The notes under the pieces were generated by a model. That model made no database searches. It was not told the origin of the DNA and worked only from the letters and a program-made list of their open reading frames with translations. From Candidatus Nomurabacteria bacterium (GTDB lineage Bacteria > Patescibacteriota > Minisyncoccia > Phycocordibacterales > UBA918), in contig CP060229.1 in NCBI GenBank assembly GCA_023898585.1, positions 11,388 to 75,387 of the forward strand: 64,000 bases of DNA, read 5' to 3'. Position numbers and translations under genes: made by a program. This document shows, in pieces, positions 10,366-18,904 of this stretch; the stretch's first letter is position 1, and the number at the start of each line of letters is the position of its first letter.

Positions 10366-11124
10366 ATGACCAATATCACCATGCGCGACTTTGTTGTCTC
10401 AACCAAGTCAGATCATCCACCCAAGATAGTCCTTTCCGTTCCACACGACGGCTTATGGACACAAAATTTTACAGGCCATTTCACACCTCGAGAAAATGGT
10501 GTCGGTGGGTCTGATCGCTTTGTCACACCAATCGCCAACGACATATTAGTCTACTGTCAGGAAAAAGGACTAGGTGTCGATATGATTCGCTTTCTGATGC
10601 CTCGCAGGTACATAGATGCAAATCGTCCAGCACCCGGAATGCGTGACTATGCCAAGTACGAGGAAACTTCCTTTTCTGATGAAAGGCTACGAGTTTACTA
10701 CAATGCGTACTTCGAAGAATTGGAAGCAAGCATAGATCGAGCCATCGCTACGCACGGAAAACAAAATATCTTAGTGCTGGACCTGCACGGTTTCGTACGC
10801 GGACGCCGAGAAGGTCAAGTGACAGACTTTGATGTTGTACTCGGTACCTGCCACCGCAAGACAATCCGGTATGGAGAACCAGACAAGTCTCTTGGAGGTC
10901 ATCTGAGCAAAGCAGGGTTCAATACATTCACCCCCGGAAATGCTGATGTCTTACCAGGTGGTGACCCATTCTATGGCGGATTTATCTCTGAATATGTCGC
11001 CAACGAATACGAGGTAAACGCTATCCAGATTGAGACCGAAAAAAGATTCCGATCTCAAGACGGAGGACTAGTTGGTGCACGGCTTGCACAAACAATCGGT
11101 GACTGGCTAACAGCAACTTTCTGA
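10366..11124 (+). CDS. N-formylglutamate amidohydrolase-family (FGase-like) zinc hydrolase
   Basis: RYIDANR and LDLHGF motifs typical of the FGase fold; AGGAGG RBS upstream. Confidence 0.5.
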   Translation: MTNITMRDFVVSTKSDHPPKIVLSVPHDGLWTQNFTGHFTPRENGVGGSDRFVTPIANDILVYCQEKGLGVDMIRFLMPRRYIDANRPAPGMRDYAKYEETSFSDERLRVYYNAYFEELEASIDRAIATHGKQNILVLDLHGFVRGRREGQVTDFDVVLGTCHRKTIRYGEPDKSLGGHLSKAGFNTFTPGNADVLPGGDPFYGGFISEYVANEYEVNAIQIETEKRFRSQDGGLVGARLAQTIGDWLTATF

Positions 11125-11375
11125 ACTTTAGCCGTTCTTCTTTGAGGAACGGCTTTTTCATACTAAAAACTCCCGCAATACCTGAATACTACTTTTGATA
11201 TACTCCCGCTCCTTGTAGAGTTCTGAAAGCCACGTTTCTTGCCCGCGAGTACTAAAAACAGTCTGGATAGATTGTTTTTGTTGTACGAGCGAGGTCTACG
11301 AGGACTCGAAACCGCGCCACGACAAAGTCCGGAGTCGGAGCAGGTAAAATTAGCAGGTAAACCCCTAACTCGTGT

Positions 11376-12713
11376 CTATTTATAAAATTTTTCAAAATCA
11401 ACCAGACGTTTCTCGTCGTTTATATAAAGCTGTTTCGTTCGTAGTGAAGAAAAGGCATCTAACATTTCAGCATCTGATGGCTTCACGCCTTTACTTAAGG
11501 TACTCACATAAGTACGCCAAGCGTCACCCCCAAAGTGAAAAAGTATCATGCCCCCTTGTCTTCTGTCAGTACCTATAGGCGAGTAATACAAGGTGTGTTT
11601 AAGTCCCTTTTCCATAAAAGCCTCGTGGTACGCCAATTGCTTGGGCAAACAATTAGCCCCATACTCACCAACAATAACCGGTACCTGTTTCGTCGGCAGA
11701 TCGCGTAGAATATCGTTGAATTCAGCAACAAGTATCCGCTTGGCTCTTTTTTTCGTAAATGTTGGGAATAAACCATCAATAACTCCGCACGAACTGGCCG
11801 AATAATTATGAATCGTGTAAGCAAGATTATCGTCAACATCTTCAAGCTTAATTTCATCGCTAGCAAACACATCCAGTTTGGTCGCCCAGTTATCTCCATC
11901 AAGAATAATGAGGTGGTTCTTGTCAACGGAGCGAATAGCCAAGATGACATCTCGATAAAAATTAAGAAGTACCGAGTCACGTTCGGGTGTGTGCGGATAA
12001 TTATTCGGTTCGTTCATGATGTTGTAGCCAAATATAGTCGGCTCGTGAGCATAATACTTTGCCAACATAATCCACAACTCCAGAGTTTTGTCTCTGTATT
12101 CCTTGTCGTGAAAAAACGGTGCTTCATTCACACTGAGCGTAGGGTCACAGTAACTGGCAGAATTTTGACACCCGGGCACGGTTTGAACGTCAAGCATGAT
12201 ATAGGTGTCGTATTCTTTCGCCCAAGCAACAAGTCTGTCTAAATACTGCAAACCTTTGTGTCGTTCATCAAACATCCAGTAGGCGACCGGGACACGAAAT
12301 GTATTAGCTCCCATCTTGGCCAAAGTGAAAATATCCTCTCTGGTATAAAAATTGTCACGCAATTTTTGGTAAAAGAAGTCTCCGTACCCTTCCTCTACAT
12401 TAGTATCTAAAAAGGTCCGAATGGACGGCTCGTGACCGACTCCTCCTAATTGACTCCCATACCCGGCCAGCAACCAATCCTCAACCTGAAGCCAATCCGG
12501 CAAGTTAAACCCTTTTACACGAAAAGGCTCTCCGCCCGGAGCCACAATCTCACCCGCTTCCGCGTGAACAAAGCCGGTTTTTGTGTACGACTGCGTTGGT
12601 TGTCCAAATTGATATTCCATACTATTCAGTCCGTTACTAAATACCGTATAAAAAATCAATATAAGCGTGATTGCAAACACAGTAACTGAAATTCGGTGTA
12701 ATAAACGTCTCAT
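11376..12713 (-). CDS. secreted/membrane-anchored glycoside hydrolase family 5 (cellulase-like)
   Basis: N-terminal signal-anchor helix; GH5 acid/base NEP motif (GYNIMNEPNN) and nucleophile motif VIVGEYG. Confidence 0.75.
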   Translation of the reverse strand: MRRLLHRISVTVFAITLILIFYTVFSNGLNSMEYQFGQPTQSYTKTGFVHAEAGEIVAPGGEPFRVKGFNLPDWLQVEDWLLAGYGSQLGGVGHEPSIRTFLDTNVEEGYGDFFYQKLRDNFYTREDIFTLAKMGANTFRVPVAYWMFDERHKGLQYLDRLVAWAKEYDTYIMLDVQTVPGCQNSASYCDPTLSVNEAPFFHDKEYRDKTLELWIMLAKYYAHEPTIFGYNIMNEPNNYPHTPERDSVLLNFYRDVILAIRSVDKNHLIILDGDNWATKLDVFASDEIKLEDVDDNLAYTIHNYSASSCGVIDGLFPTFTKKRAKRILVAEFNDILRDLPTKQVPVIVGEYGANCLPKQLAYHEAFMEKGLKHTLYYSPIGTDRRQGGMILFHFGGDAWRTYVSTLSKGVKPSDAEMLDAFSSLRTKQLYINDEKRLVDFEKFYK

Positions 12714-12739
12714 AATTAAACCACTTAGTGCTTAGTAAA

Positions 12740-13654
12740 TTAATATATGGAGAAATGACCGCCTGTTATATGGCCATATCCAGAATCAGAACTGCAATAA
12801 GCTTCCACGCCAGCAGCCCGAGCGGCGTCTCTTTCTGCACAATCTTGGGTTTCGTATACGGCTCTACGCCCAGAAGCAGAAGCTGCGGAATGAATGCTGG
12901 TTATGTTAGACAGCGAGCATTTTCCTGAGTTATCAGCCGGACGGCAGTCAATGTCGACGCAAGTTCCATTTCGATGGCAGGCATTGGTGTGCCCGATTTC
13001 AGTTCCTGCCGTAACAACCACTCCACACTCTGGACAAGCCAGGTGAATATCAACAATATCCTCTACAGTTTCAGTTTGCATTCCGGCCAATCCGGTACAT
13101 TGACGTTGTGACGGGTCGGTACACTCGCCACTAGCTAGTACAACAATACCTTCATCGTCAAATCTCCCTTTCACCCAACTCTCTGATCTACCTGTCCCTA
13201 CCCCCAAGGGAGGCTGACTTCCACTCAACTTAACCGGCCTTGGCGCCTGAGAAGCAGTCAACGAACTACACTCAATCTTCGACCAAAACAATTTTCCGTC
13301 AATCCTGCCGTCACCACCTATCAAAAGTCCTTTCATGACAGTATCAACCATAAGCCAGGCCGCCAAAACGATAATGATACCGATAATAGCGTTGGCTATC
13401 ATGTTTTTAGCGTCTTCTTTGGCTCCCGGATTACCGCCAGAAGTGACCAACTTAAAACCAGCTACCACAATGAGTACAGCAAAGACAACCATCAAAACTC
13501 CGATCAACCATTTTACGATTCCGTTCGCCATTTGTACGAAATGACACTCGGTACACATGGGTTCTCCGGCTCCGCCACAGGTTACGAAGTCGGCGAAGAC
13601 AAGAGTTGGGAGGAGGGTGAGGGTAAGTAGTATGTATAACTTTGCGTGTTTCAT
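12740..13654 (-). CDS. secreted pilin-like (TrbC/VirB2-like two-helix) module fused to Cys-rich C-terminal domain (possible cell-wall hydrolase)
   Basis: Signal peptide, then two hydrophobic helices with GGNPGAKEDAK loop identical to the paralog at 13684..14703; C-terminal 150 aa Cys/His-rich (GHTNACHRNGTCVDID, SGYGHITGGH). Confidence 0.6.
   Translation of the reverse strand: MKHAKLYILLTLTLLPTLVFADFVTCGGAGEPMCTECHFVQMANGIVKWLIGVLMVVFAVLIVVAGFKLVTSGGNPGAKEDAKNMIANAIIGIIIVLAAWLMVDTVMKGLLIGGDGRIDGKLFWSKIECSSLTASQAPRPVKLSGSQPPLGVGTGRSESWVKGRFDDEGIVVLASGECTDPSQRQCTGLAGMQTETVEDIVDIHLACPECGVVVTAGTEIGHTNACHRNGTCVDIDCRPADNSGKCSLSNITSIHSAASASGRRAVYETQDCAERDAARAAGVEAYCSSDSGYGHITGGHFSIY
13265..13626. 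repeat. 362-bp perfect direct repeat, copy 1 (covers the 5' coding part of the pilin-hydrolase gene)
   Basis: By-eye base-for-base identity with 14314..14675. Confidence 0.8.
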
Positions 13655-13683
13655 AAAGTTTAAGCAATTATCGACAGTGTGTC

Positions 13684-14703
13684 TTAACCCTTTAATTTTT
13701 CCGATACGTCACCCACCTTTTTTACATAAGATCTGGTTTCTATATAGCCGGTATTCGGAACACAATCGGTCTTGCCTGTATTATAACAGCCGTCAGAATT
13801 CCATTCACATTCCCACCGCATCAACCCAGGACAATTTTTACTAGGTTCGTTGGCACCTTTACCTCCGTTATATCCAGCATAAATTTTCCTTTCGTCGCCC
13901 TCATAAGCTTTATATAAATCAGCGTAAATCTTTGCCCCGAGACCGATGTTATAATTATCATCATCGCGCAATTTTTGACTTATTTCAGCATCACTCAAAT
14001 TTTTTAGAGCCGGATCATATCCCCTTGCTGTCCCGGGCATTATCTGCATACAGCCCTGTGCACCAACGGGACTTGTTTTACTTCGACAACCACCCGACTC
14101 CACTCTCATCAAAGCTTGCAAATTCCTGGTTTGTTCCGCGTCTAATCCAGCCAAAGCTGCCGCTTGAACAACTTTATCGTCTGGCGCTGTTAGAGATGCT
14201 ATCGATGCTATTTGAGCCGGAGTCAGAGTTCCTTTGGCAGGGTCATAAGCAGTTCCGCGTGAGGCGTCCGGTGTAGGGTGAACAATTTTGGGTGGAAATG
14301 TTTGCGCCATCACACTACACTCAATCTTCGACCAAAACAATTTTCCGTCAATCCTGCCGTCACCACCTATCAAAAGTCCTTTCATGACAGTATCAACCAT
14401 AAGCCAGGCCGCCAAAACGATAATGATACCGATAATAGCGTTGGCTATCATGTTTTTAGCGTCTTCTTTGGCTCCCGGATTACCGCCAGAAGTGACCAAC
14501 TTAAAACCAGCTACCACAATGAGTACAGCAAAGACAACCATCAAAACTCCGATCAACCATTTTACGATTCCGTTCGCCATTTGTACGAAATGACACTCGG
14601 TACACATGGGTTCTCCGGCTCCGCCACAGGTTACGAAGTCGGCGAAGACAAGAGTTGGGAGGAGGGTGAGGGTAAAAAGAGTTAGGAGAAGCGAATATTT
14701 CAT
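13684..14703 (-). CDS. secreted pilin-like (TrbC/VirB2-like) module fused to SLT-family lytic transglycosylase domain
   Basis: N-terminal 120 aa identical to paralog; C-terminal SLT motifs RVESGG, GCMQIMPGTA, AGYNGG. Start set at MKYSLLL (ATG 14703). Confidence 0.7.
   Translation of the reverse strand: MKYSLLLTLFTLTLLPTLVFADFVTCGGAGEPMCTECHFVQMANGIVKWLIGVLMVVFAVLIVVAGFKLVTSGGNPGAKEDAKNMIANAIIGIIIVLAAWLMVDTVMKGLLIGGDGRIDGKLFWSKIECSVMAQTFPPKIVHPTPDASRGTAYDPAKGTLTPAQIASIASLTAPDDKVVQAAALAGLDAEQTRNLQALMRVESGGCRSKTSPVGAQGCMQIMPGTARGYDPALKNLSDAEISQKLRDDDNYNIGLGAKIYADLYKAYEGDERKIYAGYNGGKGANEPSKNCPGLMRWECEWNSDGCYNTGKTDCVPNTGYIETRSYVKKVGDVSEKLKG
14314..14675. repeat. 362-bp perfect direct repeat, copy 2
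   Basis: Identical to 13265..13626; divergence begins immediately outside both ends. Confidence 0.8.
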
Positions 14704-14878
14704 ATAAATAACCAATGGGGTGACAACTTATAAAAATGTTTTACTAACAAACAAGCTGATTGTATTAAAATCACTAACATGAAAATGATAGCACAACAAA
14801 ACTTCCAAAATCGCTTGAGATGTGATATTTTGTTCGCACTCAAGAGTATTCCAATACTTTGAGTTTCAGATTTAATTT

Positions 14879-15401
14879 GCGTCGGTGGAGTAGTATAGGC
14901 AAACTGCTTTGCTTATACTCCGGTCACAAGCTATGCTTGTGAGGCGACGTTGTGAGCATTTGCAAATCAGGGTGAATCAGTTTGGGAAACTGATTCGCGG
15001 GGGCCCGACACCCGCGATTGCCACGCGTTAGCATGACGTTCAAAATTTTATTTGCGTCGGTGGCGGAGTGGATGAGAAATGAAATGTTTCATTTCTCATC
15101 CGTTCTGCGAGCGATAGCGAACAGATTGGTCAATGTGAACGAAAGTGAACAGACCAAAGGAGGACAATGTAATTGATCACGGAGAAACCGTGCAAAATAA
15201 ATTGTCTTTCTACGAAATACAATTTATTTTGCGTCGGTGGCGGAGTGGACAGAAAGTGAACAGTTTCACTTTCTGTCTGATCTGTCGCTTGCGACAGAAT
15301 TGCCGATGTTTATGAGGCAATAAGAGGACAATGAAATTGACCGCGTTTATGTCGCAGAGTTTCTGATGATATAAATGGAGTCAATTCACACAAAATTCAA
15401 C
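14879..15401 (+). repeat. three tandem ~175-bp units each starting with the tRNA-Tyr 5' end (TTGCGTCGGTGG(C)GGAGT) followed by a perfect hairpin; decayed tRNA-Tyr duplicates
   Basis: Units start at 14879, 15052 and 15232 with the same upstream AAATTTATTTTGCGTCGGTGGCGGAGTGGA context as the intact tRNA at 15404. Unit 2 retains the D-loop TGGTCAAT. Confidence 0.7.
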
Positions 15402-15403
15402 TT

Positions 15404-15489
15404 GCGTCGGTGGCGGAGTGGTCAATCGCATTAGACTGTAAATCTAACGGATTTATCCTACGCAGGTTCAAATCCTGCCCGGCGCACCA
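15404..15489 (+). tRNA. tRNA-Tyr (anticodon GTA), class II, CCA encoded
   Basis: Acceptor GCGTCGG/CCGGCGC, anticodon loop CTGTAAA, long variable arm GGATTTATCC, T-arm GCAGGTTCAAATCCTGC. Confidence 0.85.
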
Positions 15490-15631
15490 ATATTGAACTT
15501 GTCGGCTCAAAACCGACGGACGAGTGGGCGGCACGAAGTGCCGCCCACTGCGTTGGGGCATAAACAGAGCCGTTTTGCGGCGCGTCGCCTGCGGCGACAG
15601 CGACGACTTTTCCGCCGAGGCGGAGGTGCGA
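15484..15631. repeat. left 148-bp inverted repeat (GC-rich, internally hairpinned)
   Basis: Exact reverse complement of 18332..18479; contains hairpin AGTGGGCGGCAC-GAA-GTGCCGCCCACT. Confidence 0.8.
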
Positions 15632-15705
15632 CATCAGAAGCGATTTTGCTACATAGTATTTGCTTTGATACAAAAAGCATTTTTGTTTGTGGTACAATGA
15701 GAGGG

Positions 15706-15800
15706 CTATCAATTCAGGTGTTTTTTGTTGTTCGGACTCAAAGAGCCGTCTTGGACAGTTTAGGTTCGCCTGAATTGATAGCACCAAGACGGCTTTTTGA
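15706..15800. other. two interleaved 15-bp inverted repeats just upstream of the recombinase start codon (candidate recombination/att or regulatory site)
   Basis: CTATCAATTCAGGTG...CGCCTGAATTGATAG interleaved with AAAGAGCCGTCTTGG...CCAAGACGGCTTTTT. Confidence 0.3.
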
Positions 15801-15881
15801 GTGTTTGTTATCAGCTATTGTATTTCAATATGAATACACAAAAATACTTTTTGTATGCTCGCAATGGAAGGTACCCCAAAA

Positions 15882-16658
15882 TTAAGACACCTTTTGCAAG
15901 TCTTTTAATAATACCTCATGTTGGTCTCTAAACAACCGAGGTGGTACTTTTAAGACGGAGTGGATGCGTTTTTGATTGTAATAATTAATCGTCTGATAAA
16001 TAGTAGCCACTAACTCACCGAGAGTATCAAACCGGTTTGGGTCACCTAAGTCCAATTTGAACCCTTTATAGAAACTCTCTTGGTAACCATTCTCCCAGGG
16101 ACAACCGGGGGCACTCATGGACTGTTTGATACCAAGCTTTTGGGTTAAGGCAGTGTAGTCTTTTGAGCAGTACTCACTCCCTTGATCGGAATGAATAATC
16201 CGTGGAGGAGCTCGATGGAGCACTGCTGAAGCCAAAGCGTTAATGACGAGCTGTGTCTGATGTGTTGTCAATATCGATACACCAACTATCTCTCTAGTGT
16301 ACGTATCGAGTACTGTAGCCACATACAACCACTTTCCTCGATATTTAAGATAGGTGAAGTCTGAGGCATATATATCACCTGGCCCTCGTGGTTCCTCACT
16401 CATTAAATAGTTGGGAAACACACTACCTTTAGGCTTTCTATAGACTTTTTTGGCTGTTCTTCGATAAGGTTTGATGTCAAAGAGTTTCATCACCCGTAGC
16501 ACCTTCTTCTTGTTCATCTTGAGGTGTTGCGATAACCGTTTGTGTCCGTACCCTGGATGCTCACGAAGAGCCGTCTCAATCTGTTGCTTGGTGTGCCAAT
16601 CCTTTTGAGGTTGTTTATGGTGATAATAGTGATGCGTACGTGAATAACCGATCACCAT
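15882..16658 (-). CDS. IS3-family transposase OrfB (DDE integrase core)
   Basis: rve-like DDE domain: YASDFTYL, HSDQGSEY, ESFY..FK motifs. Confidence 0.8.
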   Translation of the reverse strand: MVIGYSRTHHYYHHKQPQKDWHTKQQIETALREHPGYGHKRLSQHLKMNKKKVLRVMKLFDIKPYRRTAKKVYRKPKGSVFPNYLMSEEPRGPGDIYASDFTYLKYRGKWLYVATVLDTYTREIVGVSILTTHQTQLVINALASAVLHRAPPRIIHSDQGSEYCSKDYTALTQKLGIKQSMSAPGCPWENGYQESFYKGFKLDLGDPNRFDTLGELVATIYQTINYYNQKRIHSVLKVPPRLFRDQHEVLLKDLQKVS

Positions 16659-16927
16659 CCCTTGGAGAGCCCCTTTTTAGCCTCAATGGACATTTTTATG
16701 GTGAGGTCACCGATGATTTGTTTGAGTTGTTCGTTTTCCTTCTTGAGTTTGTTGTGTTCAAGGAGACTGACCGTACCCGTGGCCTTTGTACCTAGCCAAT
16801 CATAAATGGTTCGACTACTGATGCCGTATTGGTTGGCAGTATCACTAACACTCAAGCCTTCGTGTTTGATTTTATTGATAACTTCTTCTTTGATCTCAGC
16901 TGATATCTTGTATCCTTTCTTGGACAT
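16652..16927 (-). CDS. IS3-family transposase OrfA (HTH)
   Basis: 91-aa HTH protein with leucine-zipper-like C-terminus; overlaps orfB. Confidence 0.8.
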   Translation of the reverse strand: MSKKGYKISAEIKEEVINKIKHEGLSVSDTANQYGISSRTIYDWLGTKATGTVSLLEHNKLKKENEQLKQIIGDLTIKMSIEAKKGLSKGW

Positions 16928-18331
16928 ATTGCTTGTATTGTTTAAGTGATAATACTTGCAAAAGTTGTCTTAAGAAAGGGGTACCTTTCAGATAAGCAAG
17001 TGCTTTCGATAGATGCACAGCTCACCGAGTTGCGGGCGTTTGCTCGGGAGCAAGGTTTGCAGATCGTAGAGGAATTTGTTGAGAAGCAATCTGCCAAGTC
17101 TCTTGGGCGCCCTATCTTTGGTGAGATGCTTGAACGGATAGAGAGTGGTGAAGCACAAGGTATCGTGTCATGGGCGCCCGATCGCCTCGCCCGCAATTCC
17201 GTCGATGGAGGTAGGGTGATCTATCTCCTCGACACTGGCAAACTTGCGAGCCTCAAATTTCCAACCTTCTGGTGTGACAATACCAGTCAAGGAAAATTTA
17301 TGCTCTCTATGGCATTTGGACAAAGCAAATACTATGTTGATTCTCTTTCCGAAAATACGAAACGCGGACTGCGCCAAAAAGTCCGTATGGGGCATTGTCC
17401 GAGTTTAGCTCCTGTGGGGTATATCAACGATGTTCGAACAAAGACTATTACTGTGGACAAAAAGCGTTCCAAGATAATCAAGCAAGTATTTCAAGAGTAT
17501 GTTAAAGGCAACATGCGACTGGAAGATGTGGCGGACTTTTTGGCACACTCCGGCGTTACCACCAGAACCGGAAAAAGAATCTCCAAGACCAAGGCGTCTT
17601 TTATCCTCTCCAACCCCTTCTACATCGGTTTGTTCAAGTACGGTGGTGAACTCCACGAAGGCAAGCACGAGCCAATCATTGCAAAGAAACTGTTTGATGA
17701 AGCGCAGGCAGTTTTGAAACGCCGTGGACAACCAGACCGCAAACCCAAGAATGAACCGCAGCCATACTGCGGACTCATTTCCTGCGCTTCCTGCGGGATG
17801 ATGATCACTGCCGAGAACAAAACGAAGCGACAGAAGAATGGAAACGTGCATCACTATGTGTATTATCGGTGTACGAAAAAATCTAAGACACAAAGGTGTA
17901 CTGAAATGTCGCTTCGCTCTGAAGAAATGGATCGGCAGGTATCATCACTTATCAAATCGGTTTCTTTGCCCACAGACTGGGCGGAGGAATTGAATCGCGT
18001 GGCGATAGTCGAACACAAAACCTCCGCCCACTCTGCGACGCGTCTCGTGAAAGAGAAGGAGGAGAACATACAAACCATTGCGATCAAACTAGAGCGACTT
18101 TTGAATGGTTACCTCGATCAAGTGATTGATGAGCAAGATTATCGCACGCAAAAAGCAAAACTGCTCTCCGAAAAGAAGTCACTCGAAGGTGAAATTACTT
18201 CTCTTTCACACCACGCGAATGATTGGCTCGCACCTTTCGAGGATTGGCTAAAAGACGCTATGGACTTGGACAAAATCGCTTCTGATAGTAACCTTTTTGC
18301 CAAAAAGGTTACCGCCAAAGAAATCTTTGGC

Positions 18332-18479
18332 TCGCACCTCCGCCTCGGCGGAAAAGTCGTCGCTGTCGCCGCAGGCGACGCGCCGCAAAACGGCTCTGTT
18401 TATGCCCCAACGCAGTGGGCGGCACTTCGTGCCGCCCACTCGTCCGTCGGTTTTGAGCCGACAAGTTCAATATTGGTGC
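18332..18479. repeat. right 148-bp inverted repeat
   Basis: Reverse complement of 15484..15631; last 6 bp are the tRNA-Leu ...TGGTGC (CCA end). Confidence 0.8.
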
Positions 18480-18563
18480 CCGGGGCGGGAATTGAACCCG
18501 CACGCCACTTTGAATAGCAAGGGATTTTAAGTCCCTCGTGTCTACCGATTTCACCACCCGGGC
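18474..18563 (-). tRNA. tRNA-Leu (anticodon TAA), class II, CCA encoded
   Basis: Minus strand: GCCCGGGTGGTGAAATCGGTAGACACGAGGGACTTAAAATCCC...GGGTTCAATTCCCGCCCCGGGCACCA. Confidence 0.85.
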
Positions 18564-18664
18564 GTAACGTCGATTTTAACATCTAAAATATATTTTGCAC
18601 ACCTCGTGTACGCTCGTTCCAACCGGTTATGTTAGTGGCTGTTGTGTGTTATAGTGTCCGACAT

Positions 18665-18737
18665 GTCCTGGTGGCGAAGTGGTTAACGCTTCGGTTTGCA
18701 AAACCGACATGCGTGGGTTCGAATCCCACCCAGGACT
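18665..18737 (+). tRNA. tRNA-Cys (anticodon GCA)
   Basis: Acceptor GTCCTGG/CCAGGAC, anticodon loop TTGCAAA, T-arm GTGGGTTCGAATCCCAC. Confidence 0.8.
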
Positions 18738-18904
18738 CATACACTACATAACCAAACAGGTACACAGAGTCAGACACGTAATTAAAACGCCTGTTATTGA
18801 TTACAACGACAAGAAACTCACTTTATAACCTTACTTATCTGCACTTGCGGGTAAAAACTCTTGTTTTGCTGTTTGAATTATTGTACACTCTGCGCACGAA
18901 GCAA

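Larger units (their letters stand above)
15865..16990 (-). mobile_element. IS3-family insertion sequence (TG...CA termini, ~35-bp imperfect terminal IRs)
   Basis: Left end TGGAAGGTACCCCAAAATTAAGACACCTTTTGCAAGT vs reverse complement of right end TGAAAGGTACCCCTTTCTTAAGACAACTTTTGCAAGT; orfA/orfB overlap typical of -1 frameshift IS3 elements. Confidence 0.75.
15490..18473. mobile_element. ~3-kb recombinase-bearing element bounded by 148-bp inverted repeats, lying between convergent tRNA-Tyr and tRNA-Leu(TAA) 3' ends; carries a nested IS3-family IS
   Basis: Terminal inverted repeats 15484..15631 and 18332..18479 abut the CCA ends of both tRNAs; interior encodes a large serine recombinase and an IS3 orfA/orfB pair. 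Confidence 0.5.
15830..18517 (+). pseudogene. large serine recombinase split by IS3 insertion at the catalytic-serine motif
   Basis: ATG 15830 encodes MNTQKYFLYAR and then runs into the IS end. Downstream of the IS the frame continues SDKQVLSIDAQLTELRAFAREQGLQIVEEF, then recombinase domain and Cys-rich zinc-ribbon. Together YAR-x-SDKQ...SIDAQ reconstitutes the Y-x-R-x-S-x-x-Q resolvase motif. 3' end reads through the right inverted repeat into tRNA-Leu. Confidence 0.6.

Noticed and set aside
13557-14685. Plus-strand ORFs 13557..13844, 13932..14276, 14278..14685, 14288..14593
   Set aside because: Antisense to the two pilin-hydrolase genes; duplicated only because they sit in the 362-bp repeat.
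15458-15885. ORFs 15458..15787(-) and 15493..15885(+) encoding the same C-terminal peptide as the recombinase
   Set aside because: Artefacts of the 148-bp GC-rich inverted repeat (few stop codons) and overlap with tRNA-Tyr; no independent coding evidence.
18297-18582. ORFs 18309..18557(-), 18400..18582(-), 18297..18530(+)
   Set aside because: Overlap tRNA-Leu(TAA) and the right inverted repeat; mirror images of the left-repeat ORFs.
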